A stretch of 64,000 nucleotides of DNA, from the NCBI GenBank assembly GCA_951406725.2, contig OX597816.1, positions 27,342,001 through 27,406,000 on the forward strand, in the 5' to 3' direction. This document shows, piece after piece, positions 52,690 through 64,000 of this stretch (positions are counted from its first letter, which is position 1; the number at the start of each line of letters is the position of its first letter). A program made the position numbers and the translations under genes. This DNA is from Octopus vulgaris (Eukaryota). The notes under the pieces are model-generated. The model was given only the letters and a program-made list of their open reading frames with translations. It ran no database searches and was not told where the DNA came from.

Positions 52690-53053
52690 TCAATGATTTA
52701 CCACCGCTATCGAAGAACAGGAGATAACTAAATATTTGGTAGACAAGAGAGACAAAGATAACACTAAATCTCCACGTTGTGATAAAAAAAAAAAAACAGT
52801 GTTAGCTCGGCTATACCAGTGTGGAAGATATCACTCACATCATCAGTAGCAGTCCCAAAATCTCTACGTGATACTACTTGCCCCTCAGGCACGATGTAGT
52901 TGCAAAAACTAATTACGACGCTTTCCGCCGGAAGGATTGTCGTGATGTATACATCAAAGGCATGTCAGAAACAACATATATTCACACATTTAAAAACAAA
53001 AAAAAATACTGGTAGAACTCTCCAATAAAACCTACAGTTCGGTGCAAACAGAA

Positions 53054-53121
<68 letters not shown>

Positions 53122-53364
53122 CCGGTGTTATTCAAATGATGAACAGCTAACGCGAAAACCAATCTCTTACCTTATTATTATTATTAACTTCTTATAATCA
53201 TCAATAATAATGACTTTTTTGACTCGTAATACTCTAAATGTATATTTTTGTCACTACCTATCATAAATAGTCTTTTTATATCTGCAATATGCATTTTCGT
53301 TGACTTTTCTTATTTTACCCTTACACTTCTACGTGTATTTTATATTTTTTTCAAAACATATTTC

Positions 53365-53431
<67 letters not shown>

Positions 53432-53660
53432 TGGGTCAAGAACAAGAGAACATGTACGGTGAATTAACATGGAACTTACAGCTCTTGTACCCTGACTATA
53501 AATTCCCATTTGCACCTATCATCGCAGGTGCAGCAGGTTATGTACCTACAAATTTACACAGAAACCTAGAAATACTAGGTTTTTCGAACAATGAGCAAAA
53601 GAAACTAACACAGATTCTCCTACTCCATTCTATTAGCGGCACAGCAAGACATTCCAAAGA
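52690..53660 (+). pseudogene. Older R4/Dong-type LINE 3' remnant, split by a (TA)n-bounded insert (~53060-53430)
   Basis: EDITHIISSSPK..YYLPLRHDVVAK, resuming at ENMYGELTWNLQLLYPDYKFPFAPIIAGAAGYVP. Confidence 0.75.
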
Positions 53661-54049
53661 TTCACTATTCGAGATTCTTCAGACGAATGGATGCACACAC
53701 TTGGCAGTGTGTATCGAGAGCTCAACCAACACACTATCTCAACCAACACACCAACTCAACCAACATTGTCATGGCATACCAGCAAATGGTTTTTACACTT
53801 TTGTGCGTAGTCATGGATTGGCGATTCAGTTTGCCTTGATCCGATTCGGGTACGTGATGTTGATAAGCTATAAAAATGGCGAAGCATCGATATCCATTGT
53901 TCCTGAATGAGATTTGGGGTTAGTTGTCTCGCCTGTCTATGACCTTCAGGTATTTTAACACTCGGCGAGTTGAGGGAGCCATCCCCACCGCCCTAGATGG
54001 CAGACTATCGGCGAACAAGCAAGGCATGTACGTTGAGTATGCGCGATCG

Positions 54050-54095
<46 letters not shown>

Positions 54096-54134
54096 TTAGA
54101 GAAAAACAACTATTTGGAGTTATACTCCCTAATA

Positions 54135-54204
<70 letters not shown>

Positions 54205-54214
54205 CGTATTTATA

Positions 54215-54264
<50 letters not shown>

Positions 54265-54282
54265 TATGTATGTATATATATG

Positions 54283-54345
<63 letters not shown>

Positions 54346-54933
54346 GCATACATACAAATAGGCATGCATAAACACACGCTCATATAAACAAACTTACGTA
54401 CATACATTCACACATTGATATGTATATACATTGCCGCATACATGATGCACACACACATACGTACATGCATGCATAAATTGATGCTTGCACACATTCCGAT
54501 ACACATGCATACACACATAAACATACATGACGTGTGTATAAAGATAAAGTTATCCATCATTTTCGCAGAAATTACGTCTAGGCTTAAATTTTTGAGATTT
54601 AAAGCTATTTTGAAATCAACGTTTTATGAGATTCATGAAAAACAAGCAAAAACCAGCAACAAAGTATTAAAAAATATATAATGTAGCCCATCCACCCCCC
54701 TTCCTCTAAATATAGAGATTAATAATTGAAGAGAATAAATTAAACAAATATAAAAGTACTGAAGCTAAATAAAAAAATATAAAAAATAACTGAATAGGAA
54801 AACATGTATACATATACACACGCGCGTGCCCGCACACAAATACACATATACAAATATATACACACGCCTACACACATTATATAATTTATATATATATATT
54901 TATATATATATATATATATACATATATGCATAC

Positions 54934-54974
<41 letters not shown>

Positions 54975-54991
54975 CATACATATATATATAC

Positions 54992-55027
<36 letters not shown>

Positions 55028-55036
55028 GTGTATATA

Positions 55037-55096
<60 letters not shown>

Positions 55097-55098
55097 TG

Positions 55099-55187
<89 letters not shown>

Positions 55188-55275
55188 TTAAAAATATGTA
55201 TATGTACATGTACACTCACAATTACATATTCTCGCACATACACACATACACTTGTACTCATTTACTCACACATAC

Positions 55276-55324
<49 letters not shown>

Positions 55325-55538
55325 ATATATATATATTTGCGTGATTAGATTTCTGTTTTGTTTTGCTTTTGGGGAAATAAATTTACTGAAAAACTGGAAA
55401 AAAACTGATAAAGTAATTATGGATAGACAGAAGTACTGAAATATCTTTAGTCAAAAGAGAGAGTAAGGTAGATAGATAGTTAAATATAAAAAGAGAAACA
55501 AAGAGAGAAAGAGAGAGGGGAGACAGGATAGAGGGAGT

Positions 55539-55579
<41 letters not shown>

Positions 55580-55802
55580 GAAGGGGGTCGAGAGAATTAT
55601 CCCCTAGACTTCATTATGGAATATCCCGAAGGACGAGTCAGGCTTTCATGCCATATTTCAAGTGCTTTAATTATTAATTAGTCCCCCTCGGAGCTGATTG
55701 ATGTATCATCCTCTCTCATGAATAAAGTATAAAGCTCTATTGTTGGATGTAGATAACGAAGGCAATGTCCTATTTTAAAGTTCAGAAAAGTTTTGCATAA
55801 TT

Positions 55803-55882
55803 TTATTGCCCACAAGGGGCTAAACACAGAGGGGACAAACAAGGACAAGCAAACGGATTAAGTCGATTACATCGACCCCAGT
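55803..55882 (-). mobile_element. SINE family B 3' fragment
   Basis: CCCACAAGGGGCTAAACACAGAGGGGACAAACAAGGAC..GTCGATTACATCGACCCCAGT. Confidence 0.8.
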
Positions 55883-55907
55883 ACATATTTTTTAGGTATG
55901 TGTATGT

Positions 55908-55963
<56 letters not shown>

Positions 55964-56086
55964 GAAACAGAAGCAAAGATCTCCTTAGCTAGAAATAGAC
56001 TCCGACATATCTTTGACCGATCCAACAAATCCACTAAAAAACATAGTGAGGAGGGGAGCCACCAACGCTACTCATCTCTTGATAAA

Positions 56087-56430
56087 GGCCAAAGCCTTGT
56101 GAGTGGATTTGGTAGACGGAAACTGAACCTCTCTTTCTCTCTCTCTTTATATATATATATGTGTATATGTATATATACATATATATATGTATACATGTTT
56201 ATGTGTGTGTGTCTTTATGTCTGTGTTTGTCTCCTACCACCGCTTAACAACCGATGTTGGTGTGTTTACGTCCCCGTTATCTAGCTGTTCAGCAAAGGTG
56301 ACCGATAGAATAAGTATTAGGCTTCCAAAGAATAAGTCTTGGGGTCAATTTCTTCCACTAAATCCATCCCTTTAAAGCAGTGCTCCAGCATGGTCGGAGT
56401 CACATGATTGAAATAAGTAAAAGAATAACA
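56087..56430 (+). mobile_element. Diverged, 5'-truncated SINE family A
   Basis: CCAAAGCCTTGTGAGTGGATTTGGTAGACGGAAACTGAA through to the tail. Confidence 0.8.
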
Positions 56431-56477
56431 GAATATGTCAGCCTTAGGATTACGTCCGTCTCGCAACCTTCATCGTA

Positions 56478-56905
56478 TACTCTCTTTACTCTCTTTTACT
56501 TGTTTCAGTCATTTTGACTGCGGCCATGCTGGAGCACCACCTTTTAGTCGAACAAATCGATCCCGGGACTTATTCTTTGTAAGAAAAAAAAAATACCTAG
56601 TACTTATTCTATCGGTCTCTTTTGCCGAACCGCTAAGTGACGGGGACGTAAACACACCAGCATCGGTTGTCAAGCAATGCTAGGGGGACAAACACAAACA
56701 CACAAACACACACATACATATATATATATATACATATATACGACAGGCTTCTTTCAGTTTCCGTCTATCAAATCCACTCACTAGGCATTGGTCGGCCCGG
56801 GGCTATAGCAGAAGACACTTGCCCAAGATGCCACGCAGTGGGACTGAACCTGAAACTATGTGGTTGGTTAGCAAGCTACTTACCACACAGTCACTCCTGC
56901 GCCTA
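56478..56905 (-). mobile_element. SINE family A
   Basis: Full match to the family consensus. Confidence 0.9.
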
Positions 56906-57337
56906 TATAATAATAATAATTTTAGTGCATTATAAGTTATTCTACATGCCTGCACTAATATGCATGCTACTCCTTGTAGTACAAAACTGTATATTTACAA
57001 ATCAATGCAGATAAAGAAAGCTGGCACATCAGATCACTAAAAAAATCATGGTTACACCAATGCTTCAAAGTATATATACAAAATTTTCTCTTTATATGTA
57101 CACTCTATGGAAGAGCGATACTAGATAAAATTAGTTTGGTATGGTCATTAAAAATAAATATAAATAATGAATATATTTTGTATCATACCAATCAAGATGT
57201 TGAATCTAAGTTAAGGTAATTCTTCTTTAATGTTAACAAACGACTGGAAACAGTGAAGAGAGGAAGTAAATTAGTTAAATTAAATATGTTAGAAAGTGTC
57301 CAAAAAATAAATATTTAAAAACATATAATATAATATA

Positions 57338-57736
57338 CTAGCAGTATCGCCCGGCGTTGCTCGGGTTTGTAAGGGAAATAACTATATAAGCATTTTTAGA
57401 GAGTTATAGTCAAAAAATAGCAAAAAAATGCATTAAAAACGGAAAAAAAAATGATGGTAAATTTTTTAAAAATCGTTGACTCATTGTAGACATTTTTAGA
57501 GAGTTTCTTCCCTTATATAATAGCGAAAAAAATGCATTAAAATGCGAAAAAAATGATGGTAAATTTTTTTAAAATCGTAGACTCATCGTAGACGCGCGCT
57601 AATACCCAGAAGGGCTCGATATGAATCACGACTATAAGATACCCGGTTTTGGTTAAACTGCACCGCAAAATGTGGGAGTAGTTAGGAATCTAAATCGTTG
57701 GAGACAGACACACAACTTGACTTTTATATATAAAGA
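57338..57736 (-). mobile_element. Non-autonomous Helitron, both ends intact
   Basis: Minus strand A|TC(57736)..hairpin CCCGAGCAACGCCGGG..CTAG(57338)|T; internal ~100-bp imperfect tandem duplication. Confidence 0.85.
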
Positions 57737-57905
57737 TATGAATTCAAGAGATAACAGACAGCCGGAGATATAAAAAGGTACTATTGAAGAACAGTTATTT
57801 CCAAATGGAATTAGCATGTCAAAGGACCGCAAAATATTGTGTTCCAATAAACTGCTGTGAAACCAAAACAATAGTTACACTTGCATAGAAGCACATACAT
57901 ATAAG

Positions 57906-58210
57906 TGGATGCACATGGCTTAGTGGTTAGAGCAGCAGACTCACGGTCGAGGGATCGCGGGTTCGAATCTCAGACCGGGTGATGTGTGTGTTTATGAGCG
58001 ATACACCTAAGCTCCAAGCAGCTCCGGCAGAAGGTAATGGCGAAACTTCTGCTGACTCTTTCGCCACAACTTTCTCTCACTCTTTCCTCCTGCATCTTGC
58101 AGCTCACCTGTGACGGACTGGCGTCCCGTTCAGGTGGGGAACCTATACGCCAAGAAACCGGGAAACCGGCCCTTATGAGCCAGGCAAGGCTCAAGAAGGA
58201 ACAAACAACA
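57906..58210 (+). mobile_element. SINE family C (tail type 3), full length
   Basis: A and B boxes; (ACA)n tail; TSD ACATACATATAAG on both sides. Confidence 0.9.
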
Positions 58211-58530
58211 ACATACATATAAGCACTAACATACTAAAAAGCTGAGAAAACGCTGTAATCCTAAGGATAACAAGTGGTTAAATACATGCACCTCTCATAC
58301 CTCTGGACTTTTAGGGTTTATGTGTTACTCATAAAATAATTTCATCGATTGGATCTCCCGGATTTCAGTTGCATAGAACTCTGTATTATACTCCTCCGTA
58401 TTGGATTATGCTACGTGTTCTGCTAACCGGGTCCATTACAGGTGCTTCTCCTGATAGCCACGTGATTCTATGAATCGATACATTGCACTACAAAGATATG
58501 CCATACACACATATGTAAGTATATATAAGT

Positions 58531-58609
<79 letters not shown>

Positions 58610-58614
<5 letters not shown>

Positions 58615-58900
58615 AAATCCGTTCTGTCTGTGTGTGTGTCTTCTCGGATCTCGGGCATCCTCTATCCGATTGCGCTCAAATTTGATATTTAGATACCGAG
58701 GGTATCAGGGCGTGTATAAGTCTTGAAAAAATTACAAAAATCGATTCCAGGTGAGAATGCGATCGATAAAGCCGTGAGAACGTGCATTTGTACGCGCAAG
58801 TACATCAGCTGTTTCCATCGATACTACACGTACGCGAGAAAAATGCACGTGCAGTTTGCGCAAAAAAGCCGACCTGTTTGGTGTCTCAAATTTAGGTTAA
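58610..58900 (+). mobile_element. Probable 5' part of another non-autonomous Helitron-like element
   Basis: TATATAAAA..(CTGT/GT)n..CCGATTGCGCTCAAATTTG resembles the 5' architecture of the other Helitrons here; no 3' CTAG found. Confidence 0.4.
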
Positions 58901-59017
58901 ATCAGTGTTTCTCAAAGGGGAGGCCTATGGGACGGTCGGACAATTTGTTTTGAGAAAATTTGGTTTAAATGTTTGACAACTCAGGACAGTCCATTGGACA
59001 GAGGCCGTTTTACTCGT

Positions 59018-59104
<87 letters not shown>

Positions 59105-59108
<4 letters not shown>

Positions 59109-59273
59109 GGGAGAGTTTACGAAAAAAACAGCAAAAAACAAAAGACGAAGACAGGTGGTGTACAAAACAAACAGATGTATTAGTATAACGCTCGGGAATA
59201 GAAAATGTCTTTTACGTTTCGAGCCTACGCTCTTCCACAGAAAGGGACACAGAAAAAACAAGGAGAGAAAAAA

Positions 59274-59280
<7 letters not shown>
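59105..59280 (-). mobile_element. Short (TA)n-embedded element with a variant hammerhead (59209-59244)
   Basis: CUUU-CUGUGGA-A-GAGC-GUAG-GCUC-GAAAC-GUA-AAAG. Same GAGC/GCUC stem II and downstream GAGCG..TACTAATAC layout as family H. Confidence 0.65.
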
Positions 59281-59321
<41 letters not shown>

Positions 59322-59514
59322 TATATAACGTGCATTTATAAAAGACCATACCACATTGTATTGAAGACTTTGAACTGTATTTGTTTTATTTTGACAGTTG
59401 TGAGATTTCACTTGAGATGAAACGAGTGGTGAGGGTCAGGATTAGAAAGGTTAAACCAATGAAGTATCTCATAATAACTTTGGTATTTAAAAATTTTAAC
59501 GCGATTTTCACTTT

Positions 59515-59571
<57 letters not shown>

Positions 59572-59673
59572 CCCAAACACACAAAGAAAAAATAGAAATA
59601 GAAATAAAAAAAAAGTATTTTGTAATTTATCTGTAACATTAATTTTTAAGTAGAAATATTTGTCAATACAACC

Positions 59674-59720
<47 letters not shown>

Positions 59721-59995
59721 CGGAGACACACACACACACACATCCGAGTGTTCTTACATCAAAAACATCTATTTAAGAAGTAACTCTGCTGAAAAAGAAG
59801 TTTTAAAATATTTATTAAATCGACTACCACTTCAAAGCTTTGCTATGGGCGGCTTGTCAAGCAATGAAGTTGTTAGGGAAATCTTATAACTTATATGAGG
59901 TGATAAAGTATATAAAAGAGAATTTAAAGAAAAATATGTTGTAAATAAGAGAATTTGAATTTGAATCATACAGCGTGACGTCAATAAACGGATGT

Positions 59996-60039
<44 letters not shown>

Positions 60040-60044
60040 GCACC

Positions 60045-60117
<73 letters not shown>

Positions 60118-60602
60118 CACATATACGCACACAAACACACACACATACATGTGTGTGTGTGTTTGTAAAACGGGGAGATTTTCTTAACGTCATAAGTAAG
60201 ACAGGAAGAGATCAAAGTAGAATTAGTATTTGTATAAGAGATGAATAGTTAATATTTCCTATCATCAGTTAAAAACTTAAAGGTATATACTATACTATAC
60301 TATGAAGTAGAATCTGATAAACTGTAGCTATCGGAAGGGAGAGTGGTAAACCTAGTATTTACGGCGGTAAAAAAGGGATTAAACTTTAATGTGGAGTTAC
60401 ACAGCTCGAGGCAACTCGCTGATTAGGATATTGAAAAATTAAGGACAGGTGGCACTGTCAAGTTAATTGGAGTATTATGATAGAAATTTATTCGTTATAG
60501 GTTATACAAAGGAGGCTGTTAGCGCAAGGTTCATACAGTTCAAACAGTAGAAAAGGTGTACCAACGGATGTATAAACACACACACACATGTATGTATATG
60601 TA

Positions 60603-61017
60603 TACTCTTTTATTTGTTTCAGTCATTTCACTGTGGCCATACTGGAGCACCGCCTTTAGTCGAGCAAACTGACCCCAAGACTTATTCTTTGTAAGCCTAG
60701 TACTTATTCTATCGGTCTCTTTTGCCGAACCGCTAGGTTACAGGGACGTAAACACACCAGCATCGGTTGTCAAGCGATGTTGGGGGGCAAACACAGACAC
60801 ACAAACATATGCACACACATACATATATATATATATATATACATATATATATACGACGGGCTTCTTTCAGTTTCCGTCTACCAAATCCACTCACAAGGCT
60901 TTGGTCGGCCCGAGGCTATAGTAGAAGACACTTGCCCAAGATGCCACGCAGTGGGACTGAATCCGGAACCATGTGGTTCGTAAGCAAGCTACTTACCCCA
61001 CAGCCACTCCTACGCCT
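60603..61017 (-). mobile_element. SINE family A
   Basis: Full match to the family consensus. Confidence 0.9.
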
Positions 61018-61299
61018 ATGTGTGCGTGTGTATATATATACATACACACAGGCATATACACATACACCCATACGCATACATACGCATATGCATACATGCA
61101 TACTGTCTAGAAAGTAATGCAAAAATGGGCATAACTGTTTTATCTGTTGACACAAATCTCTTCCTCTATAGTAAATCTTCTTAATCTTCATTGGATGCAA
61201 AATATGTGTCCCAAATAGAAGCAATTTGATGAAGGAGGTTACAGGCTGTCCGACATCCACAGAAGACGACGGGTAGTTTAAGACGACGACTCCCTTAAC

Positions 61300-61670
61300 A
61301 AAAGCAATGTGCACAGATGGATGAACAAGCTTAAAGAAGGGGAAAATAACGTTGAAGATAAACCACTGAGTGGAAGATGGTCAAATGTGACAAGTAAGAC
61401 GAATCGTCAGCTTGTGGGAGAACTGATACGCGCGAACAGACGACTCACACTTCATGAATTTGTTGCACAACTCGTTTGAGGTCACAGGGTATTGCAGAAG
61501 ATGGGAAACTTTGAGTATCGATAAGTGTGAACAAGCAGGGTACATTGGTAGTTGACAGTCGATTGAAAGAGCAGAAAGGTGGAAGTTGGCTCTGATCTAC
61601 TGGAAGCGCTTGATGCCAGTGATGACACTTTTTTTGATCAGGTAAAGGAGGATGAAACGAGATTGTAGCA
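61300..61670 (+). pseudogene. Mariner transposase N-terminal fragment
   Basis: RWMNKLKEGENNVEDKPLSGR..LIRANRRLTLHE..; (G)DET near 61650. Confidence 0.65.
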
Positions 61671-61900
61671 TTTCTTTTCTTTTCTTTCAGTTTCTCTTTT
61701 TATTCTGATGAACGACTAACGTTCGAAATGCAAAAGTCCCGTTTCTACTTGTTAATTGTTAAACTTCTATCTTTCTGTTTGCTTTTGGACTATATATATT
61801 TGCGTGCGTGTGTTGTGTGTGTGAAGTTTTTTGTCTCTGTATAACAATGCTACCACTGGTTTCATGCCAGAAAACTCGTAATTTTCCTACGTCATTTCAC

Positions 61901-61954
<54 letters not shown>

Positions 61955-62928
61955 CGGTCGACGGCATGAAGATAGGTCCGACAAATTTTCTTAATATCTG
62001 TAAAAATACTAAATTTCCAACATTTTTATGAGAGGTAATATTGTATGGGAGCGTGAGTTCAATACGTATTTCAGATCCGAACGTTATAAAGCACGTGTTA
62101 TGGTTAAATTACTTGATACAGTTATAATATTTAGAGAAATATTTTTTTCCAAATGTTGGGATTAAGAAAAAACCAGGAATGAAGAATAGTAGAAGAGTCA
62201 TTAAATAGTGAGAGAGGGGTAAAGCATGAGGAATTGTAGATGTGTCATTGAATAGTGAGAGAAGGGGTCGGAGGAGTAAAATTGAGAAAGTGTGACACAC
62301 TGTCACACTGACATTCACTTTCGCATTTATTATTATAGATGTATAAATGAAAAATCAATACTGATATAGAGCTCAGATAAAATACCGGGTGGTATTTATT
62401 TATTTGCTTAGCCGTGTGAGTTCAGATTGGATCTTTCATCTTACCAGGTTCGATCGAATAATCATAACGTTTAAATACAAGGAAACAGGAACAAAGAGAA
62501 ATAAGAAAGGAAAAGAAAGAAAAGTAAAAAAAAGTTGGGGTGGGGTAAAGCAGCAGAATATGGAGTGTGAGGGAGCGATGGGTCGCAGACCTCGCAGTAA
62601 TAATCGCTATTGCGTTGCCATAGAAAATAGCCAGTGACACTTGCTGCAACAGCCACTCCACTTCGTGGTGCTCATTTCTCCGACAGGCCGCCGTTATCCC
62701 AATTTTGTAGAGGAAATCAGTAGTACGGGGTCTTAGAACACCTCACGTCTCAATGGCAATCGGCACAATTTGATAGCATCTGGACAGGTCCCTCTATTTA
62801 TTGATTTTTGTCTCCTCCACATTATGTGCAGCGAAACCCGGTTTTGCAGCCGATGCTGCAAAGTTGGAGCCGGAGAACATGTCACTGCACGTCACATCTT
62901 AGACTATGAGTCTGTCTCATTCAGTTTA

Positions 62929-63349
62929 ATACCTATTTCTTTACTACCCACAAGGGGCCAAACACAGAGGGGACCAACAAGGACAGACAAACGGATTAAG
63001 TCGATTATATCGACCCCAGTCCGAAACTGGTACTTAATTTATCGATCCCGAAAGGATGAAAGGCAAAGTCGACCTCGGCGGAATTTGAATTCAGAACGTA
63101 ACGGTAGACGAAATACCTATTTCTTTATTACCCACAAGGGGCTAAACACAGAGGGGACAAACAAGGACAGACATAGGTATTAAGTCGATTACATCGACCC
63201 CAGTGCGGAACTGGTACTTAATTTATCGACCCCGAAAGGATGAAAGGCAAAGTCGACCTCGGCGGAATTTGAATTCAAAACGTAACGGTAGACGAAATAC
63301 CGCTAAGCATTTCGCCCGGCGTGCTAACGTTTCTGCCAGCTCGCCGCCT
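62929..63349 (-). mobile_element. Dimeric SINE family B
   Basis: Same dimer junction as 48640-49053; flanking repeat TTCAGTT(T)AAT. Confidence 0.9.
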
Positions 63350-64000
63350 TTCAGTTAATTACTGACTTCACGTAAAGCCTAGAGTACTCGTCGCTACATC
63401 TACTAGAGAGTTGGCCTCTACACAGTCGCTTGACTTGCTAGAAAGAGTAGCATATATTCATCAAATAGCATCAAATTTGCTCAAGAATTTAGTTATACAG
63501 ATAGAAGTGTCGGACTGAATCACTGACATCATTTTGTTGCATGGAAATTATTTATTAATGAAAGAATAGTTGTTGTACAAAGGATAGGATGGTTATGACC
63601 GAAACACCTTTGATTACAAGTCCACTTGGTCTAAACTGACCTGTGGCTAAACAACAACACGGTTTCTTTTACCAAAACAACAACAGTAACAATAACAGCA
63701 AAAACAACACAATGTTGTATCTGTGCAAAGTTAGAAAACATTCTTTGTTTACGCATGGCATAAGATTAATGTTTAAAGTTCATCAATTTCTGATATTTAT
63801 TTTTATTTATTTAATTAATTCTTCCATTGATTATTTATTTGATCGTCAATAACAAACTTTTTCGAAAGTTCTTGAGACTTTAACATTTTTCAAAAAGTTG
63901 TTCAGATTTTTTGAAGTAGTTTCAGTTATGAAATCCATTTTCAATTTTCAAGAGTCTACTTGAAAATCCAAAGGCAAAGGGCATTTTACAAATAGTGTCT

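Noticed and set aside
53248-53910. 220-aa ORF as a host gene
   Set aside because: It is a chimera of AT-rich filler, (TA)n and an R4/Dong endonuclease remnant.

Overview
AT-rich, microsatellite-saturated animal DNA, almost entirely transposon-derived. It most likely comes from an octopus, an inference from the SINE families and microsatellite load. I see no intact protein-coding gene, and nearly all ORFs in the track are artefacts of microsatellites or SINEs. Supported content: one intact-looking tRNA-Ile(AAT) gene; more than 20 copies of a tRNA-headed SINE with an internal microsatellite (family A); two further tRNA-SINE families (B, C); two full-length dead mariners with TIRs and TA duplications; Tc1/maT and hAT transposase pseudogenes; non-autonomous Helitrons; and Gypsy, CR1/L2-type, R4/Dong-type and Penelope retroelement remnants. 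The most striking layer is one the ORF track does not show. About 14 minimal hammerhead-ribozyme (HHR) motifs of the Penelope type sit in short non-coding elements, most of them in TA/TACA microsatellites and often inside fold-back inverted repeats. They include a 4-copy ~210-bp family, two U3-A8 covariant cores, and a composite element joining a tRNA-like Pol III head to a hammerhead tail as a 1.2-kb palindrome. Coordinates were read by eye, and repeat edges are approximate unless a TSD or TIR is quoted.
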